Assembly (NCBI GenBank): GCA_965197745.1
Contig: CBDANS010000006.1
Span: forward strand, 1,152,001-1,216,000
Reading direction: 5' to 3'
Origin: Opitutales bacterium
GTDB taxonomy: Bacteria; Verrucomicrobiota; Verrucomicrobiia; Opitutales; PNEW01
DNA: 64,000 bases
A model generated the notes under the pieces. That model saw nothing but the letters and a program-made list of their open reading frames with translations. It ran no database searches and had not been told where the DNA came from. The translations under genes were made by a program, and so were the position numbers. Numbering within the stretch: position 1 is the first letter of the stretch; every line of letters begins with the position of its first letter. This document shows, in pieces, positions 10,626-20,199 of the stretch.

Positions 10626-11215
10626 TGGAGTGACCGCCAAAAATCGTATCATTTACAGAGAGAGGTTATCCGGATAAACGGATAATCTCAATGAAAAGAA
10701 AAAGATATACAACAGAACAGACGATCGCAATACTACGGCAAGCCGATACTGGTAAAACCGTGCAGGAAGTCTGCCGTGGCAATAACTTAAGCGAACAGAC
10801 CATCTATCGCTGGGGTAAAAAGGATGGCAACTTGGAACTGGCCGATGCTCTAGCGCTATAAAGAGCTGTAAAAGAAAACACCGAGTTGAAGAAGCGAGCC
10901 GTAAAAGGTGCGGCTGAGAAAGGGTTGTGCTCGTTTTAGAGGGCTTGTGTTTAACCCCGTCTCAGTTGGTCAACATTCAGCTATCGGCCCAAGCAGATCA
11001 GTAAGAAAGTACAGCGGTTAGTCGAACGGATGGGAACCTTGTCCTGGGAACATCCTCGCTACGGTACCGGTGCATCCGTGCCTTGCTCGTCAAGGAAGGT
11101 TGGGCAACAAGCCGGAAGTTTGTCCAGGCACTACGACGATCAGAAGGGCTGCAGGTAGTAAGCCATCGAAAAAGCGTAGACCCCGTCAAGGGATCTCTAC
11201 AGGGTCGCCTACTAA
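10626..11215 (+). mobile_element. Degenerate IS3-family remnant 'IS-C'
   Basis: IRL TGGAGTGACCGCCAAAAATCGTATC, orfA MKRKRYTTEQ at 10691, decayed orfB (HPRYGTG...KEGW). Confidence 0.8.
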
Positions 11216-11372
11216 ATCATATGGAATTATATATAATTGTAACCAAAGGGATTTCGCCCTTCCAGTTTTCCGGTGTTTAATATGTCTCCACTGATCATCT
11301 TTTTTAGAGAGTGTATGCCTTACTTTGTAATATATCTGCTGAGGAAACCTTTAGTTTAATCTGAATTTAAAA

Positions 11373-11888
11373 ATGGGCAGGGTAGCAGTAATCGGAAATA
11401 CGGCTGGGGGAAAGTCCACGATGTGCAAAGCTTTGAGTGAATCCAAAGGGCTTCCGGTGCATGCTGTTGATAAAATACAATGGAACCCTGGATGAACATT
11501 TTCTCCTGAAGTGGAGGTTGAAGAAAAGTTAAACGAAATAATAAAAACTGATCTGTGGATCATTGATGGGTGGGGACCATGGAAAACCATTGAGAGACGG
11601 TTTAATGCAGCCGACACTATAATATTCGTCGATCACTCTATTGGGATCCATTTCTGGTGGGCTTTTAAAAGACAAATCCTGGTGTTGTTTTTCCCGGAAC
11701 GCCTTGATAAGCCAGAGGGGTGTACCCTTCTGCACGTAACCTGTAAATTGTTTAAAATGATTTGGAGAATACATCGGCAATTGAGACCTAAACTTCTTAA
11801 ACTTGTGGATTCATATAAAGGAAGAAAAAAGGTGTTTCATATAAAGTCGCCCACCGATTTAAGGCGCTTCATGATACAGTATTGTTAG
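11373..11888 (+). pseudogene. Adenylate-kinase-like / topology modulation (FlaR-type) protein with an in-frame TGA
   Basis: MGRVAVIGNTAGGKST P-loop, WNPG*TF at about 11492, WIIDG, ADTIIFVD. Confidence 0.85.
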
Positions 11889-11995
11889 ATAAGTTGTAAT
11901 AACATCCAACAGATCACTGAAAATACTGTCCACCCTTGGGTTACTATTGTATATAATCCCCTAAAAATAAATTAGAACAATGATCCTGATATGGT

Positions 11996-12580
11996 ATGGC
12001 TAACCAAAAACAAATCGCAAATGATGTTGTTCAAATTCTGAATGCATCTGGTAAATTTGGATCTATAATCCTTGATGGCAGTCTGAAATTAGATTCTTGG
12101 GATGAAATATCTGATATAGATATAGTCGTAGAGGAAAAAAGAAGAAGCCCGTTCGAGAACGTTATGGCAGCTCTTGATGAGATTAGGAAACAAAAGGAAA
12201 TTGTTTTCTACGATTGGGCTAAAAGTCTATTACCTGAAAAGTATCTACTCTCAATATATTTGAAAGGGATACCTGTTTTTTGGTTCGTGGACATAGCCTG
12301 TTATAAAGATCCGAGGTATCGTGATATATCAAAAGAAGAAATACCACAAGACCATGCAGAACACCTCTTGAAACTTTGGATATGTAACATCAAGCATGAG
12401 ATTCGGAAGAACCAGGAAAGGAACAAAATAGACAAAGTCTATCAGAGGCTATTTCATCTATCGGGAGAAGGGGTTACTGCGAAAGAGAAGTTCATGAAAA
12501 TTTGGAAGAAGATCCCGAAAGATTCTCTGGACAACTCTGTTTTAGCTGAGTGCGAGGAGGTTTTAAGCATGATTAGCTGA
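11996..12580 (+). CDS. Nucleotidyltransferase-domain protein
   Basis: GS...DEISDIDI Pol-beta-type motif. Confidence 0.7.
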   Translation: MANQKQIANDVVQILNASGKFGSIILDGSLKLDSWDEISDIDIVVEEKRRSPFENVMAALDEIRKQKEIVFYDWAKSLLPEKYLLSIYLKGIPVFWFVDIACYKDPRYRDISKEEIPQDHAEHLLKLWICNIKHEIRKNQERNKIDKVYQRLFHLSGEGVTAKEKFMKIWKKIPKDSLDNSVLAECEEVLSMIS

Positions 12581-12605
12581 ATTTATTTTATTCTGTTTTA
12601 TAAAG

Positions 12606-13132
12606 TGTGCAAAATTCGCAATATTTAAGAGAAGGATGTTAGCAGGTTAGCTGAAATCCATGTAAGATCCTGGCAAGTCGCATACAAAGGTATACTGCCT
12701 CAGGAATTCCTGGATAACTTTAGTATTAAACAACGCGAAAAATTGTGGAGAAACGATATCTTTCCGAAAATGGCTAGATCCAACTACGTATTGGAAGTAG
12801 CAGGTAATGTGCTTAGATGGGTCTCTGCAGGTCCGGCAAGGGATGATGATGATGATGAGAATATAATTGGTGAATTGTATGGCATTTATCTTGATCCGCA
12901 ATTTTACAGAATGGGTTAAGGTACTAAATTGTGGCATGAGGCAAAGCAACATTTACTTAGAGATGGATTCAATGAAATTGCACTGTGGGTTTTAGAGGGA
13001 AATGTGAGAGCTAGAAGATTTTATGAGAAAATAGGATTTTCATTGGTAAAGAATGCAGAAAAGAAATTGGTTTGGGTTGATGGTGTTAAAGAGGTAAGGT
13101 ATCGCTATATCGTCAGAAAAAGTGATGATTAA
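12606..13132 (+). pseudogene. GNAT acetyltransferase with two in-frame TAA stops
   Basis: LAEIHVRSWQVAYKGILP...GELYGIYLDP..RMG*GTKL...LWVLEGNVRARRFYEKIGF. Confidence 0.85.
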
Positions 13133-13226
13133 ACATGTAGTAGCCCTGACTTATTAATAGATCTTTATTATTTATCATGGATTAACCTCTAGCAAATTGT
13201 GCTAAGCAATAGACCAGATTATTTAT

Positions 13227-14255
13227 ATGAATACACAAGAAGCACTTGCTGCAATTGAAAGGTTTTCTGAGCCGCACGTCGTCGTCGTTGGCGACGTTAT
13301 GTTGGACATATATGAATTTTGTTCAACGGCAGAGAGTAAAGTTCTTGAATCTGAAAAACCAGGGAAACGTGCTTATAAGGCACAGGCTTTTCACAAGGTC
13401 CTTGGCGGAGCGGGAAATGTAGCTGCTAGTCTCGCATCGTTAGGTGTAAGCACATCTTTGGTAGGTGTTACAGGAAATGACGAGCATTACTTCAAGATCA
13501 GAGAACTGGCTGGTGATCTCAATATCAGACATTACTTTATTCGCGATTCATCGAGACCCTCAACCGTTAAGATGCGTCTTTATGTAGACAACGATTACCT
13601 TCTACGACGTGACCATGAATCTACGAACAAAATAGATAAGGAAACATCCGGAACAGTATTAAACGAAGTCCTTCATGAATTGAAGAACGCCGACGTTATT
13701 ATTCTCAGTGATTATAATAAAGGCGTATTCACTGAGGATAACACTTATCAGATTGTGAAGGAGTGTCGGATGCAGAACGTCCCACTCATTGTTGATTTCA
13801 AACCCCCGAATCTTGCTTTGTTTAAGGGTTCCGAGATCATGGCTCCAAACCAGCAAGAAGCAGTGGAGATGGTCTCAGGGTTTTCTCTAGACGATAGACT
13901 TGAAGATTCCGTTCGACGATTACACGATCTCCTTCAATGCGAAAATACGGTCGTAACTCTGGGAGATAAGGGAGTGTGCGGTTTCGATGGAACATGCTTT
14001 TTTCACATTCCAGGTCATAAAGTTAAAGCAGTCGATACTGTTGGCTGTGGAGATACGGTTCGTGCTGGTCTGGCATTGGGTTATGCGCTTGGCCTTAATC
14101 TAAGGGATTGTGCCGAATTGGGAAACGATGCTGCAGGAGTAATCGTTCAAAAACCGTTAACAGCAATGCTGTCGAGGGAGGAACTTACGGCATTTGTGCG
14201 CGCTAATCATTCGAAGATATTTGCAGAAACACAAAAATCTACACCAGCTAGTTAA
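13227..14255 (+). CDS. PfkB-family heptose-7-phosphate kinase-like protein (RfaE/HldE kinase domain only)
   Basis: VVGDVMLD, GGAGNVA, LSDYNKG, DTVGCGD. Confidence 0.85.
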   Translation: MNTQEALAAIERFSEPHVVVVGDVMLDIYEFCSTAESKVLESEKPGKRAYKAQAFHKVLGGAGNVAASLASLGVSTSLVGVTGNDEHYFKIRELAGDLNIRHYFIRDSSRPSTVKMRLYVDNDYLLRRDHESTNKIDKETSGTVLNEVLHELKNADVIILSDYNKGVFTEDNTYQIVKECRMQNVPLIVDFKPPNLALFKGSEIMAPNQQEAVEMVSGFSLDDRLEDSVRRLHDLLQCENTVVTLGDKGVCGFDGTCFFHIPGHKVKAVDTVGCGDTVRAGLALGYALGLNLRDCAELGNDAAGVIVQKPLTAMLSREELTAFVRANHSKIFAETQKSTPAS

Positions 14256-14282
14256 AAAGGTTAATCTAAATATTGGCTGAAA

Positions 14283-14720
14283 ATGAGTGATTGTATATTT
14301 TGCCAGATCATTGCTGGAGAAAGTCCGGCTAGCGTATTCTATGAAGATGATATTGTGCTTGGATTGATGACGATCGGCCCCGTTACGTGTGGCCCATTCC
14401 ATGATTTCACCAAAAAAGCATTTTACATATATGGCTGATATGGATGAAGAGACTGGACGTCATCTATTCACAATAACTCAGAGAACTGCCGCCGCAATAC
14501 GCCAATCAAGTATAAGGTGCGAGGGTAATAATCTCATCTTGGCGGACGGTGAAGCAGCATCCCAAGAAGTCTTTCATCTCCACATGCATATTTTCCCACG
14601 ATACAGGGGAGATTCGTTTAAACTCGTTGCAGACTGGAAAATAAGCCACCACGAGATGAACTAGATCAAGTTGCAGGACAGATAAAATCTGCGTATGATA
14701 AGCTTTGGTCGAATTCTTAA
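14283..14720 (+). pseudogene. HIT family protein, frameshifted
   Basis: MSDCIFCQIIAGESPAS...; frameshift near 14388; QEVFHLHMHIFPR. Confidence 0.85.
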
Positions 14721-14797
14721 ATAGAATGAAACGAGCAATAGGTTTCAATTTAAAATAAATTTAATTTTGGATCATAGTTTCAAACTAACTGAATAAT

Positions 14798-15409
14798 ATG
14801 AGGCAATGTGATGTTTTTTTGCAGAAACGGGGGGTTTTATTAAGAGACTTAGGCTATGAATCTGATCAAGGGCAGCTGGAACAAACCGCAAGCAGTATCA
14901 TTTTCTATCACTACACCAATCAAGAAAGGTTGGATGAAATATGGTCCTCGGGTGGGCTATGGGCACGTTTACGAGTTTTGCCCTCAGAACTCACTCCTGA
15001 ATTTGTGAATTATTACCTTATCGAAGGAATATTGGAGCCGTTGCCAAAGTGGTTTTGCGACGGACCCTATTTTGGTGACTTACCCCTCGAAATGATGAGG
15101 GAATATGTTGGCGATTACCTTCTTCGGATTGAGGTTCCACTAGACTTCCCCGGACTATATGTTGTTGATCATGCTCACCCGTTTGAATGTAAACATTTTA
15201 ATCGACGCGGATCTTATGCCTTACACTTAGGTTACGACTGTCGAACTGGTCATGAGGTGGTACGGGCTTTTACTCATTCCTACATTCCTGTCTCCGGGTA
15301 TAAGGGAGGTCATATTGCTCCAGGAGTACAGACTATTCGCAATGGTGAAGGAATAGCAATTCCGAAAAAGTATATCTCAGAATCAGAGTACCAACCTTTA
15401 CAGGAATAA
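14798..15409 (+). CDS. Hypothetical protein
   Basis: 203-aa ORF in the co-oriented array; FYHYT motif; no family assigned. Confidence 0.7.
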   Translation: MRQCDVFLQKRGVLLRDLGYESDQGQLEQTASSIIFYHYTNQERLDEIWSSGGLWARLRVLPSELTPEFVNYYLIEGILEPLPKWFCDGPYFGDLPLEMMREYVGDYLLRIEVPLDFPGLYVVDHAHPFECKHFNRRGSYALHLGYDCRTGHEVVRAFTHSYIPVSGYKGGHIAPGVQTIRNGEGIAIPKKYISESEYQPLQE

Positions 15410-15415
15410 TCAATC

Positions 15416-15955
15416 TTGAGAACAATCACCCAAGAACAAGTAGAAGCTATCAAAACACTATTCACGGAGGCAGAGCGCCAAGGGATTCTGTTGTGGCTTG
15501 AAAGTGGGTGGGCTATCGATGCCAGGCTTGGTAAAATTACTCGAGCCCACGAAGATATAGACGTTGCTTTCCCTGACGATCATCGAACCACTTATTTGGA
15601 ACTTATTAAGTTGCTTGGGTATAACCGATACCAGGAGATGGATTACGGGTTCCTCACATTCAAAGATGGAATTCTTTTAGATTTAGAGCCCTGTTTCCAA
15701 TTGAATGGAGAGTACAATTTGAAAGGTTTCCCAAGCGGAACCTGTCCTTTCGCTAAGGAGGGGACAATAGATGTCTTCAAAGTCAGATGCTTGAGCTGGA
15801 AAGGTATGTACTTTGAATTTATCAACTACATGGTTGAAACTCCGCAAGACAGATGGAGACCCCAGGATTTCGATAGCTTAAAGGTGATCAAAAATCAAAT
15901 CGGGATAGAAAATAGGAAACTTTTACAAGAGCAATATAAGAGATCGACGACATAA
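15416..15955 (+). CDS. Aminoglycoside 2''-nucleotidyltransferase (ANT(2'')/AadB-like) homologue
   Basis: GWAIDARLG..TR.H.DID, DYGFL, LLD.EP, P.G.CP...EG.I, VRC.SW colinear with AadB as recalled from memory; same length class. Confidence 0.8.
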   Translation: MRTITQEQVEAIKTLFTEAERQGILLWLESGWAIDARLGKITRAHEDIDVAFPDDHRTTYLELIKLLGYNRYQEMDYGFLTFKDGILLDLEPCFQLNGEYNLKGFPSGTCPFAKEGTIDVFKVRCLSWKGMYFEFINYMVETPQDRWRPQDFDSLKVIKNQIGIENRKLLQEQYKRSTT

Positions 15956-16014
15956 ACTAAGCATTCAATTAATTCGATAAAAGTATCGAAGATAATATTT
16001 TTAATATTTAAGAA

Positions 16015-16434
16015 ATGAATATTACTCAATTACCTTTTAACCGGTTCATAGGCATAGAAAAGTGTGAGAATAAAGATGATGGAATATTTCAACTACCAGC
16101 GGATCCAAAATACTTAAACCATGTAGATACCGTTCACGCCAGTGCTTTATATGCTTTAGCTGAAGCGGCGAGCGGCGAGTTTCTGGCTCAAAATATAAAG
16201 TTAGATAAAGAATCTGTATCCCCTATCCTTCGACGTGCTGACATCAAGTACCGAAAGCCAGCAACGGGGCAAGTTTACGCGAAGGGGATCTACAAAGAAG
16301 AAGATTGGGATAAGTTTCACGAATCCTATTATAAGAAAAAGATAGCACTGATTGCATTTCAGATTGATATAATTAATGACGAGAATACTGCAGTTGCTAC
16401 AGCCCACTATGAGTGGTTTGTCTCAGGAAAATAA
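16015..16434 (+). CDS. Hot-dog fold thioesterase (PaaI/DUF4442-like)
   Basis: YLNHVDTVHASALYALAE, IKYRKPA. Confidence 0.85.
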   Translation: MNITQLPFNRFIGIEKCENKDDGIFQLPADPKYLNHVDTVHASALYALAEAASGEFLAQNIKLDKESVSPILRRADIKYRKPATGQVYAKGIYKEEDWDKFHESYYKKKIALIAFQIDIINDENTAVATAHYEWFVSGK

Positions 16435-16512
16435 TATCTGAGGAATTATACTTAAACTTTCATTCAATTTAAAAAGCGGCGTTTACGTTTCTTATAGGGA
16501 ACAATGAAATTA

Positions 16513-16632
16513 AAAAACGGATAACATGGCTTTGGGAAGATTGGATAATACCTATTCTTATCGCATGTGCATTTGTCATTCCTATTAGATCAAGTTTGGC
16601 TGACTGGTACTGGGTGCTATCAGGATCAATGA
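16513..16632 (+). pseudogene. Signal peptidase I N-terminal fragment cut by IS-C
   Basis: KKRITWLWEDWIIPILIACAFVIPIRSSLADWYWVLSGSM, ending at the IS repeat. Confidence 0.6.
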
Positions 16633-17018
16633 TGGCGTGACCCAAAAAAAGTCGTATCATTTACAGTGAGAGGTTATCGGAATAAACAGATAACCTCAAT
16701 GAAAAGAAAAGATACACAACAGAACAGATCATAGCAATACTGCGGCAAGCCGATACCGGCAAAACGGTAGAGGAAATCTGCCGTGGTAACAACCTAAGCG
16801 AACAAACCTTCTATCGCTGGGGTAAAAAGGATGGCAACTTGGAGCTGGACGATGCGAAGCGCTATAAAAAGCTGGAAAAAGAAAACACCGAACTGAAGAA
16901 GCTGCTTGCTGATCAAATGCTCAAGAACCAGGTCTTGGAGGAAACGCTGTTAAAAAAGTGGTGAGCCCAAAGCAGAAGACGCGAGCAGTAAAAGATACGA
17001 TTTTTTTGGGTCACTCCA
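16633..17018 (+). mobile_element. Mini IS-C: frameshifted orfA between two inverted IRL-type repeats
   Basis: TGGCGTGACCCAAAAAAAGTCGTATC ... GATACGATTTTTTTGGGTCACTCCA; orfA about 16698-16964. Confidence 0.8.
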
Positions 17019-17180
17019 CGGGGACCCTACCAAATGCGTGTGGTTGACGAAACTGAAGGCAGTTGTAAGATGGTTATCACATCAATCATCAATAAGGTTC
17101 GCCTGGACGGTGAACCACCTCTCGCTCATGGATGAGCCAGGTACTGATGTTCCTTCGTGCTTCATTGTAGTCTGCATAAC

Positions 17181-18521
17181 TGGTCGTGACCACGAAAACT
17201 GGTCCACTTGAAAAGTTAGTCTGGGACACCTGGAAAGGACTCAGACAATGAAAGGCAAAAGCTATACAACCGAAGAGAAGATACGGATGCTGCGGCAGGC
17301 GGACAAAGGGAAAACGATCCTGGAAGCATGCCGCGAGAACAACATAAGCGAACAGAGCTTCCACCGCTGGAAACGTGAGTTTGGGATGATTGATGTCAAC
17401 CAGGCCAAGCGGATGAAGGAACTCTTTGAAGGAGAACGCGCGGTTAAAACGGATGCTGGCGGACAAGCTGCTGGGGATAGAGATTGTGCAGGAGACCCTC
17501 GAAAAAAAATGGGAGATGCCGCTTACGCTCGGTAGTAAGCCCTGGGCACAAGCGGCAAGTGGCAGAGAGACTTGTGGCCCGGAGCCAGTGTTCGATGCGT
17601 GGAGCGTGCCGATACTTTCACCTGCACCGCTCCACCTATGCGTATGGGGCGAAGTATCCGGATGCCTGGCTAACGAAACTGAAAGCGGCAGTAAGGCGGT
17701 TATCACGGCAATACGCGAGGTGGGGCTATCCGAAGATCACGAAGCTGTTGAAGGACGAAGGCTGGCAGGTGGGTAAAGGTCTCGTGCAAGGTCTGCGACG
17801 TGAACTGGGCCTGGCGATCCCCCCACGCAAGCCAAGGCGTCGGCGCAGGGGTGTCTCCACCGGGCTGCCGACGAAGGCCGAACATCCCGACCCTGTTTGG
17901 ACCTGGGATTTTATTCACGATAAGACGGTCCGCGGTGGGAATCTCAAAATGCTGACCGTCCTTGACGGGTACACCCGCGAGTGCCGGGTGATCCATGTCG
18001 ATCGCCATATCAATGCGGAGAAGGTGCGCGGGGTCATGCAAAAACTGCTCGACCGTAATGGGCCGCCAAAATATATTCGCAGCGACAATGGATCGGTTCC
18101 GAGGAGCTAAGCGACGACATGCGAAGCCATTTATTGGAAGTGAATTGAGAGCCTGGCTAACTGCGATGAAAATCAATACCCTCTATATCCAACCAGCAAG
18201 CCCTTGGCAGAACGGATACATCGAATCGTTGCATGCCCGTTTTCGCGAGGAGTGTTTAAACCGTGAACAGCTATGGACTTTGACCAAAGCCCGCGTGGTG
18301 ATCGAAGATTGGCGCTGGCTTTACAATAATGTCCGACCCCACCGCAGCCTCGGCAATATCACCCCACGGTGCTTCGCTGAAGACATTAATACCAAAGGCT
18401 TGGGCTCCATTCGGGCTACGCCCTCATTGCGCCCAAGCCTTGACTTCCTCTACCAACTTAACTTCAACATTAACCTCTCCAGACTAACTCTCCCGGTGGA
18501 CCAGTTTGCGTAACCTGACCA
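17181..18521 (+). mobile_element. IS-A copy 3 (diverged), with an additional 23-nt insertion at the orfA stop
   Basis: Same IRs and ORFs as 3348..4665; many substitutions in the middle third. Confidence 0.93.
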
Positions 18522-18577
18522 TGCTCTTTAGGACCAGACATCTTCATTAATGCTTTAGCTGCTTTATTAATCTTTTT

Positions 18578-19122
18578 CGGAATGTTCACTTTAAGGGCTA
18601 AGCAAGAACTTCTCAAGTCTTTTATGGATAGTAGCCATATTCTTTAATTGACACTCTCATATTACTAAAACGGCCCAACCTTCCTTTCTTATTTAGCTTA
18701 GGTGCTTTTTGTCTCTAACAGCATTGCGTTTCAATTTCGGGTTCCAATAGCCTTTATTAGTTTTTGGCATATTTTTACCTGCCTTGCAATGGTGTCCATG
18801 CCAGAAGCAGGCATGCGCAGAATATAACCTTTTTCCGTTTGGTGAAAACTACGTCTGGCTTTCCGGGCAACGCATTATAATGAATCCTGCATCCTCTAAA
18901 TCCCATGTCTAATAAAAGACGCCTTAGCTTCAATTCAGGAGTAGTATTTTTCGACTTAACCCGTGCCATATGAGGTCTAGAAATATTAAATTAAAAAATA
19001 CTTTTAGGGTTTGACATATTTATAAATAGTTAAGTGAAAATGGTTATTTGGGATTTTTTAAAAATAGACGATATTAAACCCTTTGCGAAATATGAGATTT
19101 AGCTCTTAAAGTGAACATTCCG
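18578..19122 (-). mobile_element. 545-bp non-autonomous element with about 24-bp TIRs carrying a vsr pseudogene
   Basis: CGGAATGTTCACTTTAAGGGCTAA ... TTAGCTCTTAAAGTGAACATTCCG; 401 bp repeated at 25632..26032. Confidence 0.8.
18591..18969 (-). pseudogene. vsr: Very-short-patch repair endonuclease pseudogene
   Basis: MARVKSKNTTPE..LPGKPDVVF, frameshift, then CFWHGH..YWNPKLKRN..GWAVLVI*ECQ. Confidence 0.88.
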
Positions 19123-19133
19123 TAAAATAATTA

Positions 19134-19964
19134 TCAGAAACGGGACTCCCAATCGGTGGCGATTTTAAAACTTTCCTCGAGGACGCTTTCGGTTGTCTCA
19201 CGAGTGGAAGCCACTTCAAGAGTCCTTGAACCGGTAAAATTTAGATCTGCTAATCTTCCAATAAACCCATCCCAGTCAATGATCCCTTTCCCTGGCACCC
19301 AGTGTTGATCGCCGTTTCCGTCGGTATCATGCAAATGTAAGGTGAACAATCTGTCCGCCGCCACATTTAATTGCTGCAGCGGGTCGTGTCCTGAGAACCT
19401 GGCGTGAGTAGTATCAAGACATAAGCCAACATACTCCCTTGGCATATCTGCAATTAACTCGAACAGATCTTCCATTGAATGTAAGGGCCGCGCTGACCCA
19501 ACATGGCACAGATTCTCCAAAGCAATTTTTATTCCAGTATCGATTGCGCTTTCAACCAACTCGAGAATAGATTCTTTAGTCTTGGTTACGCTCGCATCTC
19601 GATTTTCTTCTCTATACATGCTGAACATATCAGGATAGGAGCCATTGGGGTGAACGACCACCGATTCAGCTCCCAGCTCCTTAAAAAAAGTAAACGACCT
19701 GGCAACTTCCGCCAGCGAAACTTTTCTTTTTTCACTATCCAGCGATGCCAAATCGATGCCCCCAATCGGGCTGTGACCAACGCGCATTGAAAGATCAAAG
19801 CGATTCATAAGCGAATGAATCTCTTCTATCGAATCCATTCCAAGCGAGAAATGAGGAGGTTCCCATAACAACTCAACCTCGTTAAAGCCCGCTTTTTTTA
19901 TTCTTTCAAGGCCCGATTCCAGTTCTTCAGGCAGAATAACCGTGGTGTTGATTCCGTATTGCAT
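19134..19964 (-). CDS. Sugar phosphate isomerase/epimerase (xylose isomerase-like TIM barrel)
   Basis: IALEN, LCLDTTH, LHLHD, H.VPG.G.IDW, TLE. Confidence 0.9.
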   Translation of the reverse strand: MQYGINTTVILPEELESGLERIKKAGFNEVELLWEPPHFSLGMDSIEEIHSLMNRFDLSMRVGHSPIGGIDLASLDSEKRKVSLAEVARSFTFFKELGAESVVVHPNGSYPDMFSMYREENRDASVTKTKESILELVESAIDTGIKIALENLCHVGSARPLHSMEDLFELIADMPREYVGLCLDTTHARFSGHDPLQQLNVAADRLFTLHLHDTDGNGDQHWVPGKGIIDWDGFIGRLADLNFTGSRTLEVASTRETTESVLEESFKIATDWESRF

Positions 19965-19968
19965 TTTA

Positions 19969-20003
19969 GTCGAAAGTCAAAGGTCGAAGGTCAAAAGTCA
20001 GAG
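19969..20003. repeat. Imperfect 7-bp tandem repeat (GTCRAAR)
   Basis: gtcgaaa gtcaaag gtcgaag gtcaaaa gtcagag. Confidence 0.6.
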
Positions 20004-20199
20004 GATGATTCACATCAGTCACCATAATCGATTGCGAATTTTCGATTTTATTTTTTAAAAAATTAAAAATACCGCAATTGTCAGAAGGAGAACCATGTGG
20101 GGTGCTATTTCTAAGAGACTATTCTGAAGTGTATTAAGCCAACTCGATTAAAAGCAGCTTAGATTATTAATAGCAAATTTTTTTGAATTAAGATAATAC

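Noticed and set aside
11373..18969. TGA at expected Trp positions (WNPG* near 11492; VI*EC in vsr) suggesting UGA recoding
   Set aside because: Other lesions are TAA, TAG or frameshifts, many intact genes end in TGA, and Trp is normally TGG here; simple G>A nonsense mutations explain it.
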